From IMG/VR virus record IMGVR_UViG_2528311097_000001: a stretch of 60,881 bases of DNA. One strand, written 5' to 3'. The notes beneath the pieces were generated by a model. That model made no database searches, was not told the DNA's origin, and saw only the letters and a list, made by a program, of their open reading frames with translations. Below, one piece after another: positions 36,754-45,121 of this stretch. The number at the start of each line of letters is the position of its first letter. Position 1 is the first letter of the stretch. The position numbers and the translations under genes were made by a program. Origin of the DNA: a virus.

Positions 36754-37008
36754 TCACCGAGCGTCGGGAAGGGACGTCGCAACGCCAGGGAGGGCAGCGA
36801 TCCACGTCCCTTCATCCCCGCCGATGCCGTTCGGGTCGAAGATCGTGACGCCGTCTTCGCTCGTCATCTTGTGATAGAGCTTGAGCGAGCGATGGCGAGG
36901 TGGGTAATCGCGAGGACCGTACGTACCTCTCGACGCGCCCCAGTCATCGCGCTCGTCGTACTGGCTCATCGGGTATTGATTCGTGTACTGAAAGAGCCGA
37001 TGAGCCAT
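36754..37008 (-). CDS. Small haloarchaeal hypothetical protein
   Basis: TSEDGVTIFDP...TWIAA..GVATSL; start uncertain. Confidence 0.45.
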   Translation of the reverse strand: MAHRLFQYTNQYPMSQYDERDDWGASRGTYGPRDYPPRHRSLKLYHKMTSEDGVTIFDPNGIGGDEGTWIAALPGVATSLPDAR

Positions 37009-37238
37009 ACTCCCAATGGGGAGTCTATGGGGCCCATCGGCGATGGTCGAGCCAGCATCGTGGATTCACCACGCGACCAGATGCCAATCGACGTGCCCTT
37101 CACAGCCAGACGAGTTCGGCCACAACCGGGTTGGATTGTGGATTTGTCGATTCGGCGATCTTGCTGGCCGAGAGAACGCCGGACGTAACACGGATCACAC
37201 ACCCACGGACGATCCGTGGTGGATCATCTCCGGGAGGG

Positions 37239-37334
37239 TCAGGACTCTTGCATCGACTGGCAGGACTCGCAAAAGGGGCCCTCGTCGCGCTCGAGGTCGC
37301 GATCGCACTCCGCGCAGTGTTTGAGTGAGCTCAT
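37239..37334 (-). CDS. 31-aa CxxC-CxxC microprotein (not in track)
   Basis: MSSLKHCAECDRDLERDEGPFCESCQSMQES; ATGA coupling. Confidence 0.5.
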   Translation of the reverse strand: MSSLKHCAECDRDLERDEGPFCESCQSMQES

Positions 37335-37528
37335 GATCGGTGGCCACCGTCGATGGTTGTCGCGTCTCGGATCGAGGCATCGATCAGCTCGTCACGCATC
37401 CGGCGAAGGTCGACGGGTGAGACGAGTGGTCTCAGTGCCTCGAGATCCCGAAGAGATTGCTCGACCGATCGTTTGAACAGGTCGGCATCGAACGTGATCG
37501 TGACCTCCTGCGAGTAGGTGTGAGTCAT
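37331..37528 (-). CDS. Hypothetical protein
   Basis: 65 aa, ATGA-coupled at both ends. Confidence 0.5.
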   Translation of the reverse strand: MTHTYSQEVTITFDADLFKRSVEQSLRDLEALRPLVSPVDLRRMRDELIDASIRDATTIDGGHRS

Positions 37529-37722
37529 TCGAGGATGTCCTTCGGCGAGACGGCGATCGTCGTGCCGTTCTCGCGTTCGAGTGTTACACGCTCAGGAGCC
37601 CGCAGTGAGGCGAGCCCATAGTCGACGTCGGTAACGCGACCGGTGACATGGCGACCGCCGAGGTCGGCCGTAACGGTCCGGTGGAGGTACTCAGCGAGAC
37701 TACTGTTCGTGTTCGTGCTCAT
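37525..37722 (-). CDS. Small beta-barrel-like hypothetical protein
   Basis: MSTNTNSSLAEYLHRTVTADLGGRHVTGRVTDV...; true start inside track ORF 37525..37980. Confidence 0.5.
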   Translation of the reverse strand: MSTNTNSSLAEYLHRTVTADLGGRHVTGRVTDVDYGLASLRAPERVTLERENGTTIAVSPKDILE

Positions 37723-38476
37723 GGTCGGAATCGGGATCGGAATCGAACTGGAGGGCTTCGGCCATCGCGTTGATGAACCGGTGTTGATCAGGAGTATGGT
37801 TCTGCGGGTCGGTCTTCTGGGCGCGGACCTCGTCCAGGAGGACGTCCGGATCGTGTGGTGGGGCCTCGCCCTCCTCGCAGAGGACGTCGAGCACGTCCGA
37901 GAGACGCAGTGCGTACCCCGCCACCATCTCCTCGACGCCCTGGATCGGGCGCACAGTCGTCGTGTGATGGCCGACGCCACAGACGCAGTTGAGGGTATTC
38001 GTCGGCTCTTTGGCCGTCTGATAGTTCGTATCGGGGTGTGGATCGCTCAGAGAGAGCCGATCGCCCGGCCCGCGTTCGGTATGTTTCGTCGGCACGAGCA
38101 TCGGGTCGAGATGCTCTCGGTTGCCGTCCTCGCGGAAGTAGGCGTACGGGTCGGCTGGGGACTTCGTCCGGACCGGGTAGCGCCGGTTGGGGAGATTGAC
38201 GTACCAGACCGCCGTCCGGACTTTACTCGAGCCGATCTCCCGACCTTGCTCGACGTACTCGCCGATCTGGTGGAACGAGTTCGCACAGAACCGGGGATCG
38301 TGTTTGATGTCGTTCATGATCCCGGCTGCGTCAGCCCGTCGTCGACAGGCCGGCATGCAGTACGGTTCTGAGTCCGTCTCGTCGACGGGATCGGAGTCCT
38401 CGCAGTGGCGGTATCGGCACGTGTCGTATTCCGTTATCGAGGCGATATCGCCGAGGCTGCTGGTGCTTGATGACAT
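37700..38476 (-). CDS. Cys-rich hypothetical protein
   Basis: CRYRHC, YCMPAC, RFCANS, NCVCG; the track extension to 38749 looks non-coding. Confidence 0.55.
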   Translation of the reverse strand: MSSSTSSLGDIASITEYDTCRYRHCEDSDPVDETDSEPYCMPACRRRADAAGIMNDIKHDPRFCANSFHQIGEYVEQGREIGSSKVRTAVWYVNLPNRRYPVRTKSPADPYAYFREDGNREHLDPMLVPTKHTERGPGDRLSLSDPHPDTNYQTAKEPTNTLNCVCGVGHHTTTVRPIQGVEEMVAGYALRLSDVLDVLCEEGEAPPHDPDVLLDEVRAQKTDPQNHTPDQHRFINAMAEALQFDSDPDSDHEHEHEQ

Positions 38477-38823
38477 GGATGTGGAATATGAGGCCCCGAG
38501 CCCGCCGAGAAAAGCGACGGACCCGGGGCTATACCTGACGCGCACGGTAGCGCGCCCGTCGAAGGTCATCCGTCCCGTCGTCGCATGGCGGCTCGGGGAC
38601 GGACTCTGGCCGTGAGGCCGGGATGGCGAACGTTTGGGGATGGGGTTGCGTGGTCTGGAAGGCCGCCAGGGGAAGCAGGCCAGGATTTCACGAGCCACCG
38701 GGGATGATGGCTCTACTGTGGGCGTGGGGCGGCAACAGTAATAGGTCACCCCAGTTGTAACACATATTGCGGCCGGATTCGACGGACGGATACTGAATCG
38801 AGAAGCGTGTGTTTATCGAGAGG

Positions 38824-38970
38824 TTACGAAGAGGTATGTCCGCAGCTAGTACACTCGTACTCCGCGCCGACGTTTCGGGTAACGGTTTCGCCGGTCACGT
38901 AGTCCTTCTCTCGCTTTCTGATCATTTGCTTCTTCATACGCCCGCCACATAGGTTGCAGGTTCCTCGCAT
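38824..38970 (-). CDS. 48-aa basic zinc-ribbon protein (not in track)
   Basis: MRGTCNLCGGRMKKQMIRKREKDYVTGETVTRNVGAEYECTSCGHTSS; divergent from repressor. Confidence 0.6.
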   Translation of the reverse strand: MRGTCNLCGGRMKKQMIRKREKDYVTGETVTRNVGAEYECTSCGHTSS

Positions 38971-38985
38971 TGTCTGACCCCACTA

Positions 38986-39029
38986 TTGCCAACGTTGGCA
39001 AAGTACTTGTTTCTTGCCCACATTGGCAA
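38986..39029. promoter_or_regulatory. Pair of palindromic operators
   Basis: TTGCCAACGTTGGCAA (38986-39001, perfect 16-bp palindrome) and TTGCCCACATTGGCAA (39014-39029). Confidence 0.75.
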
Positions 39030-39061
39030 CTACTAAGATGGGATGGAGTCGACTGCCCAGC

Positions 39062-39268
39062 ATGTCCGATATTAAAGAGCGGTTGTTAGATGTGATGGTC
39101 GTCTGTGAACCCTACTCAACGCGCGAACTAGCCCAAGAGGTCGGCGAGCCACGACGGACGGTCCTCTACAACCTCGAGCAGCTCGCCGACGATGGGGAAA
39201 TAAATCGGAAGCAAAGTTCAAAGCGGGATGTGTCCTGGTGGATCGGGGTTGAGGCGGGACAAGGATGA
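39062..39268 (+). CDS. Winged-helix repressor-like protein
   Basis: YSTRELAQEVGEPRRTVLYNLEQLADDGEINRK HTH; start at ATG 39062. Confidence 0.8.
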   Translation: MSDIKERLLDVMVVCEPYSTRELAQEVGEPRRTVLYNLEQLADDGEINRKQSSKRDVSWWIGVEAGQG

Positions 39269-39879
39269 ACCGTCGACAGTACCTCAAGACAGGCGGTGCA
39301 ACGGGCCTCGCCCTCGGGACGGCGGGCTGTCTCGGGTGGCTTCCGTGGCGCGATGATAGTGATCAGAAGCAAGTCCAAGAGGGCGCGCCCAGTGAAGGAA
39401 GTGACGAGCCCACGGAGAACGATACCTCTCCAGAGACAGACGAGCAGTCTGCAACCGGCGAGAAAGAGGAGGATAAGCGGACAGAGGCCGAAAACGAATC
39501 CGAGGGCGAACGGAATCCCCTCCCAGACGAGAATGATACTGAGATCGATCGAGAACAGTACAATGAGAGTGAAGAACGCGACGTAACGGAACTCGACGAA
39601 TCATCCGTCTCCGTCGTAACTGATGCAACAGTTGACGATAGCGGGAGTGTAACTGTCCAGATTAAGGTGACAAATACGACCGACGCGACGATTGATGGCG
39701 TCGATCTCGAAGTCATATATCTCGATAGTGCGGGTAAGGAGATCGGGTTGGACTTGAAAGTCGTTCAGGGGCTCGGGCCGAGAGGAACAGAGTCCGTCGA
39801 AGCTCGTGCAAGCCCAGTCGATCTGCGTGGAGATATCGCAGAAGTGAGCGTAACCCCGACGCCACAGAACTACTCGTAA
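39265..39879 (+). CDS. Tat-exported lipoprotein with FxLYD-like Ig domain
   Basis: MNRRQYL...TAGC lipobox, acidic linker, VTNTT...VIYLDSAG domain; ATGA-coupled to repressor. Confidence 0.75.
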   Translation: MNRRQYLKTGGATGLALGTAGCLGWLPWRDDSDQKQVQEGAPSEGSDEPTENDTSPETDEQSATGEKEEDKRTEAENESEGERNPLPDENDTEIDREQYNESEERDVTELDESSVSVVTDATVDDSGSVTVQIKVTNTTDATIDGVDLEVIYLDSAGKEIGLDLKVVQGLGPRGTESVEARASPVDLRGDIAEVSVTPTPQNYS

Positions 39880-39881
39880 CC

Positions 39882-41090
39882 CTATGGGATCTGTTGGACG
39901 GCCTCGAACGGGTTCGCCCACTGGTTGCCCGATGAATAGATGTTGACGAACCCATGTTCGTCGCGCGTATAGCGCGATGGGACACCACTCTGTTCGATTC
40001 CTGCACCAATTCCGGGGTGCGAACACCGGTTGTCCTCGAAGTAAAAGCCGTCGAGTGGGACGCCGCGAATCCGAGCGTGGGGAGTTCCACCGCCCTGATT
40101 GTGGTTGATGAAGGGGAGATCTGGAACTCGCTTGGCGAGGATATCACTCCCGCGGACGAGCATCGTCCCCCCTGCTCGTTGCTCCCAGTTCGAATCGGAC
40201 GGGTCCGACGACCCACTCTCGTTTTCCCCAACACGGTGCATATCAAGTGGATGCGAGCTGGTCCACGGCCCGATCGTCGACTCAAGAACGTAGTAGTTCG
40301 CGTCGGCATGGCCCGACCCACACATTGCGTGACGAGCGGCATCAAGGTATGATTTATAAACAGTCACATCGCCGTGACGAATGTCGACACAGTAGCCGTA
40401 TGATGTCATCATTGTGTTGTGGACGTGACTGTACGCGACAATTGCGTTCGAAACCGCCCCCTCACCCCCGACAGCAATCCCTTGTACTGAGAAGGCCCAC
40501 ACTTCGGAGTTGTCCACACGGCAGTTGTCGCCCTGGATGTGAATACCGCGGGCGAACCGTGCCTCGCGCCATCGCTCGCGCTCAGCTTCGCTCCCTGGAG
40601 CGAACGGGAAGTACCCTGGTATCGCCTGATGCTCTGTAACACTCGTATGCGGTCCACGGATCTCGACGCCCGTGATGCGTGCATTATCCTCCATCCGGAT
40701 GAGGCCAGTTCCATTCGAGCCGCCAGCCCATGCAGGCGACGAGGTGCCTTCATCTTCTGTGAGGATCGTCGCTCCACCAGTAGACGATGACCGACCCGAG
40801 GCGATCGTAACGTCCGTGACGGTAAGGGTCGTACCGGAAAAGTCGTAGAGGTTCTCCGACGGGAGCCAAACGACCCGCCCGTCGTTTTGCGAGGCGTGGT
40901 GCTTGAGTTGCTCGACAGTATCGGCCTGCACGTCCGCGTCCCCGGGCTGGATGTCTTGAAGGGCGGGGACGCCACCACTCGGCAGCCGACCCGCACCAGG
41001 ACCGTTATACTCAACAGTACAACCCGCCACGCCCACCACCGCCGCTCCGGCAAGCCCGGTGAGGAATTGGCGCCGGGTGGTCGGGTTCAT
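39882..41090 (-). CDS. Tat-exported lipoprotein with right-handed beta-helix
   Basis: TRRQFL...VAGC lipobox; DNCRVDNSEV...QGI, YGYCV beta-helix rungs. Confidence 0.75.
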   Translation of the reverse strand: MNPTTRRQFLTGLAGAAVVGVAGCTVEYNGPGAGRLPSGGVPALQDIQPGDADVQADTVEQLKHHASQNDGRVVWLPSENLYDFSGTTLTVTDVTIASGRSSSTGGATILTEDEGTSSPAWAGGSNGTGLIRMEDNARITGVEIRGPHTSVTEHQAIPGYFPFAPGSEAERERWREARFARGIHIQGDNCRVDNSEVWAFSVQGIAVGGEGAVSNAIVAYSHVHNTMMTSYGYCVDIRHGDVTVYKSYLDAARHAMCGSGHADANYYVLESTIGPWTSSHPLDMHRVGENESGSSDPSDSNWEQRAGGTMLVRGSDILAKRVPDLPFINHNQGGGTPHARIRGVPLDGFYFEDNRCSHPGIGAGIEQSGVPSRYTRDEHGFVNIYSSGNQWANPFEAVQQIP

Positions 41091-41177
41091 TTCTCAGTCA
41101 AGAGAACGGTAGTATAGGCAATAATACTTACGAACCGTCCAGATAATTCGTCAAGTCCACAGGGTGGAAGGACGGGG

Positions 41178-44024
41178 TTACTCGAGCCGGGATTCTAGAT
41201 CGGCGAACTTATCCCCGATAGACCCACCCGAGCCGGAGGCTGTTGTCTCATCGTCCGGTGCATCCTCAGCAGCACTATCCGCGGTGTCGTCTCCATCCTC
41301 AACCAGGGACGTAGGCGTGTACCGCAGAGGTTCCTCACTCGCCGACAGGAGATCCTCAGTATCCGCCAGATCGCCAAGGTCGTCGAAGGGGACGGCCTCG
41401 CCGTGATGGATGAGCGAAAGGTCCGCTGCCCGTGTCGTCCCTTCAGGAACGATTACGACGGCCCAGTGTTCCCGTGAGAGAGATGGCTCGGGCACGAGTT
41501 CGGTCGGTGCCCCAACCGCGACGTACTCCTCGCGTTCGGGATCGCCTTCTTCAAAGTCGGATTCGCGAGCGGGATACTTCCCAATGGCACCCGATGAGTC
41601 GATGTCTTCGCGTGTTTTGAACGACGCTATCGACGTCCCGTCAGTGTCCTCGAGCACCCAGTGATATCCGTCGTCCGGGTCGGGATCGTACCACCACACC
41701 GCGTTTCCGCCCTTGACGCGGAGCATGGGCTCGCCGTCGACTGTGACTGTTCCGAGATTGTACGAGCGCCGACGCCCGTTCTCGTCGACCTCGCGGCAGT
41801 ACATCGGATCGGTGAGCGTATCGTAGACCTTCCATGCTTTCTCGGGACGGGCGGCGTAGAGACATCGTTCGCCGTCCTCGATGGCGTCGTGGAGGTGGCG
41901 AAGGGTCTGTCCGGGGCTGGACTCGCCGGTCGAGTCTTCGAGCTCCACGCGGACGTTCTTGCCTCCTGAGAGGGCAGCGAGTTCGGGGTTCTCCTCCATG
42001 AACCGTTCGCGGGCCTGGCGTGAATCTTCCGGGGTGACGATGTCCCACGAAACGGCATCCTTGAAGGCCCGCTCGATCGACGCGAACCCGTCGCTGGATC
42101 GGCCGATGGTCTGTTGCTCGATCTCGGTGTCGAAGCCTGCGTCAGTGAGGGCGTCGTAGAGTTCCTTGATCGCTTTGCGGTGGTCGCCCTTGCCGTCAAC
42201 GGGCGAACCGCTGATCTTCTTGAAGAGAGTGATGCCACGGGACGTCGTCTTGAGTTTGACCTCACCGTCGCGCTTCTCTCGCTCAACGAGGTCGTCGCCG
42301 ACCATGTCGAGGACACCCCACACCTGGGACTCGTGGCCGAGGTCTTCGCGATCGACGCCCAGATTATCGATGAGGCGGTGTTGGATTAGATCGGCAGAGA
42401 CAAAGCCGTCATCATCACCGTGCTCGATCGCGACGTCATGGACTGTCTTACAGGTCTGGCGTTCGACACGGTCAAGGTCGATGTCAGCGACGGCCATCGA
42501 CTTTCGGTTCCCGCTATCGTCGAGGATCGCACCGGCCCCGTCGAGCTGCCCGTCGCCGCGATTGAGGAGTAGCTCGTCCATGAGTTGCTGGTCGGACTTT
42601 GGCTCATGTCCGTCTCGGCGGACGATCCGCTCGATATGGTGGTCGGCTTCGGTTTGAGTGATCGTTGGCGGGAATGGCGGGAGTGCGTAGACACGGTATG
42701 GGTCCGGCGGCCCGACCGAAGTCTTCATCCAGACATGATATTCCTCTTCGTCGCGGAGTGTTTCCCACTTGAGTCCAAGATTTTTCCCGACGACCTTGCA
42801 GGCGTCGGCTGAGCCGACGGAGAAGGACATCTTCGTATCGCACTGGCTGAAGAGTGCTCCGACGATCTCAGGCGGGAGTTGATCGGGATACTGGCAACAG
42901 AGGAATAAACAGAGCCGCGAGGTCCGCGCCTTCGAGAGCATCGTCGGGAGTGAGGACCCCTCATGAGCCAGCAGATCAGCTTCGTCCATAAGGAGATGGA
43001 AGTTATCCGGGCCGCTCCCTCGCGAGCTCTTATCACCATCCCGGTCGCGTGCGGCGGCCCACGTCCGGCGGAGGATGGCCGTCCCAACCATCTCTTTGAT
43101 ACCCTCGTCCTCTTTGTTCATCCGCACGATGAGGATCTTGCCCTCGTCAATCACCTCTTGAAGGTTGATCGTATTGCCCCGGTGGGCGAACACGCGCCTC
43201 GCGATGGGGTTCTCAACCCAGTTTTTGAAGCGCCTGCGGATCGCGTCCAGGTCGTCATCATCGTACTCGGCGAGCTTATCGGCGAACAGCGCGAGGAAGA
43301 TGTGGCCCGATGCGTTGACCATGTCCCTGTAGCGCTCGCGGTTCTCCTGATCCGCGAGGATGAAGTACAGGTCGATCATCGTGAACTCGGCGTCGTGGCG
43401 AGCGGCGAATCGGATGATGTTCTCCGCGATCGCGTCCATCAGCGGCCCCCAGTAATTACTCGCGCCGAGCATCTGCACCAGGTCGTTAAGGATATTCTCG
43501 ACGATTAGTTCAAATTCGGGGTGGTCCGGGGAAACGCCAGGGTCGAGGAAGTTGAACCCGGTCTGGGCAGACCGAGTGCCGGCGGGCTCAAGCCATACGA
43601 CGTCGCCTTTCCGGTGGTCGGGGAGGATGGAGTAGAACCGTTTTGCACCGTCGCCTTTGGGTTCGATATAAATCATGCCGTCGCCGGACTCGGCGATCGT
43701 CCGGCCGGCATTCATCATGAGGTTCGACTTCCCATAGCCCGTGCTCCCGAAGAGGACAGTGTGCTGGCGAAGGTCCGTCTGGTCGATTGAGGCGTGGCCA
43801 CCGCGACGCGTTCCGACGCCGACTGCGATGGGGCTCTCGGCGTCAGCTCGCGGCGACCGCATCATCTGACGGGCGAGATACCCGGCAAAGACCTGCTCGT
43901 TGCTGTGTTCGTCGGTTCCATGTGACCGGAGCGTCTCATTCCCTTCGACGGCCTCGGTCGACTCCTCTTCCCAGATGTAGAGGCCGTCATCAGGGCTCAA
44001 GGGTTGTGTTGGGGCAGCCGCCAC
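41178..44024 (-). CDS. virD4: VirD4/TraD-like coupling ATPase with C-terminal wHTH and nuclease-like domains
   Basis: HTVLFGSTGYGKS Walker A (43725-43748), IYIEPKGD, FNFLD, LLMDEAD Walker B, SKARTSRL..QYPDQL. Confidence 0.85.
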   Translation of the reverse strand: MAAAPTQPLSPDDGLYIWEEESTEAVEGNETLRSHGTDEHSNEQVFAGYLARQMMRSPRADAESPIAVGVGTRRGGHASIDQTDLRQHTVLFGSTGYGKSNLMMNAGRTIAESGDGMIYIEPKGDGAKRFYSILPDHRKGDVVWLEPAGTRSAQTGFNFLDPGVSPDHPEFELIVENILNDLVQMLGASNYWGPLMDAIAENIIRFAARHDAEFTMIDLYFILADQENRERYRDMVNASGHIFLALFADKLAEYDDDDLDAIRRRFKNWVENPIARRVFAHRGNTINLQEVIDEGKILIVRMNKEDEGIKEMVGTAILRRTWAAARDRDGDKSSRGSGPDNFHLLMDEADLLAHEGSSLPTMLSKARTSRLCLFLCCQYPDQLPPEIVGALFSQCDTKMSFSVGSADACKVVGKNLGLKWETLRDEEEYHVWMKTSVGPPDPYRVYALPPFPPTITQTEADHHIERIVRRDGHEPKSDQQLMDELLLNRGDGQLDGAGAILDDSGNRKSMAVADIDLDRVERQTCKTVHDVAIEHGDDDGFVSADLIQHRLIDNLGVDREDLGHESQVWGVLDMVGDDLVEREKRDGEVKLKTTSRGITLFKKISGSPVDGKGDHRKAIKELYDALTDAGFDTEIEQQTIGRSSDGFASIERAFKDAVSWDIVTPEDSRQARERFMEENPELAALSGGKNVRVELEDSTGESSPGQTLRHLHDAIEDGERCLYAARPEKAWKVYDTLTDPMYCREVDENGRRRSYNLGTVTVDGEPMLRVKGGNAVWWYDPDPDDGYHWVLEDTDGTSIASFKTREDIDSSGAIGKYPARESDFEEGDPEREEYVAVGAPTELVPEPSLSREHWAVVIVPEGTTRAADLSLIHHGEAVPFDDLGDLADTEDLLSASEEPLRYTPTSLVEDGDDTADSAAEDAPDDETTASGSGGSIGDKFADLESRLE

Positions 44025-45121
44025 TAGTCCGCCACCTCTGGTTCAGAATCGCCGAGGTCGAGATTGGAATGGAACGTGTGGCTTTCCCGCGGGACGCCAG
44101 GGCCCGACTCGCGAGTCGCCCACTTCACGTCGGGGACCTCAATTGACCCGTTCGGAAGGTGGAAGAGCCCTTCCCATTCTTGGATCGTGAATGCGTTCGA
44201 CGTTCCGTGGAGGAAGCGGCCGACGGGCGAGCGTTTCCGAACGCGCCGCCGGACGAGATCTTCAGCCTCGTTTATATTGCCAGTGTGCTTGAAGTATGTC
44301 GGTCGAAGTTTCTGCTTGTTGGCGTAGTCGTATTTTGAGAAGGACTTAGCGGCCTTTTCAAGAGCGGTTTGGACATCCGATTTATCAGGGCCGATCGCCA
44401 TGAGACGGATACTGGTTCGAAACGTCTCATCGGAGACCTGCTTTTGCATATCTTTCGCGAGGTCTTCGTTGAGGTCAGACTTCACGACCTTTGTCGTCTC
44501 TTGGCGCAAGCCGATTGAAAGCGTGCCCTGTCGGGTCGAATCGGCGATTCGATCACCGTCGCCGCCGATCCGTCCGCGCTTGTACCACTTGCTCGAGATG
44601 GGTTTGCCACAGCCCTGAACAATCAGTCGGACATCATTCTCGTTGACGAACTTCGGGAGTGTCGACGAATACGGGTCGCCATCCAATGGATCACCGGTCG
44701 AGTCGCGGAAAGATATCGGGTGGATGGCGTCGAGTTGTGGTTCGACGCGGCAGGTAAACACCCACTCGCCGACCTTGGCATCGGGGAGTGGGTCTTGGTA
44801 CGTCTCCATCCGGCTGTTGGCGTACTTAGAGTTGATCAACGACTGGATGTCGCTAAGGTCCTCGTCGGCAGCAGTGATCTGGGCAGTCAATTGATCTCGG
44901 AACCACCATTCGAAACTGAAGGTCCCGCCTTTTCGACCAGTGCCGACAGTGTTATAGATATCTTCAAGGAAGTCTGCGCCGCCGCTCATACCAGCAGTAT
45001 CGACATAGGGCCGCACCTCTAAGCGGTTCGGATGTTCGATTTCGTGATAGAGCCGATCGATGCGATCCTCGAGAAGTTTCGTCGGTTTACCACCCCAAGA
45101 GACCCAGGAAAGGATGCTCAT
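44024..45121 (-). CDS. Conjugation-module protein coupled to VirD4-like gene
   Basis: 365 aa; TAG/GTG 1-nt overlap with virD4; FSFEWW, HPI, FRTSIRLMA. Confidence 0.55.
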   Translation of the reverse strand: MSILSWVSWGGKPTKLLEDRIDRLYHEIEHPNRLEVRPYVDTAGMSGGADFLEDIYNTVGTGRKGGTFSFEWWFRDQLTAQITAADEDLSDIQSLINSKYANSRMETYQDPLPDAKVGEWVFTCRVEPQLDAIHPISFRDSTGDPLDGDPYSSTLPKFVNENDVRLIVQGCGKPISSKWYKRGRIGGDGDRIADSTRQGTLSIGLRQETTKVVKSDLNEDLAKDMQKQVSDETFRTSIRLMAIGPDKSDVQTALEKAAKSFSKYDYANKQKLRPTYFKHTGNINEAEDLVRRRVRKRSPVGRFLHGTSNAFTIQEWEGLFHLPNGSIEVPDVKWATRESGPGVPRESHTFHSNLDLGDSEPEVAD

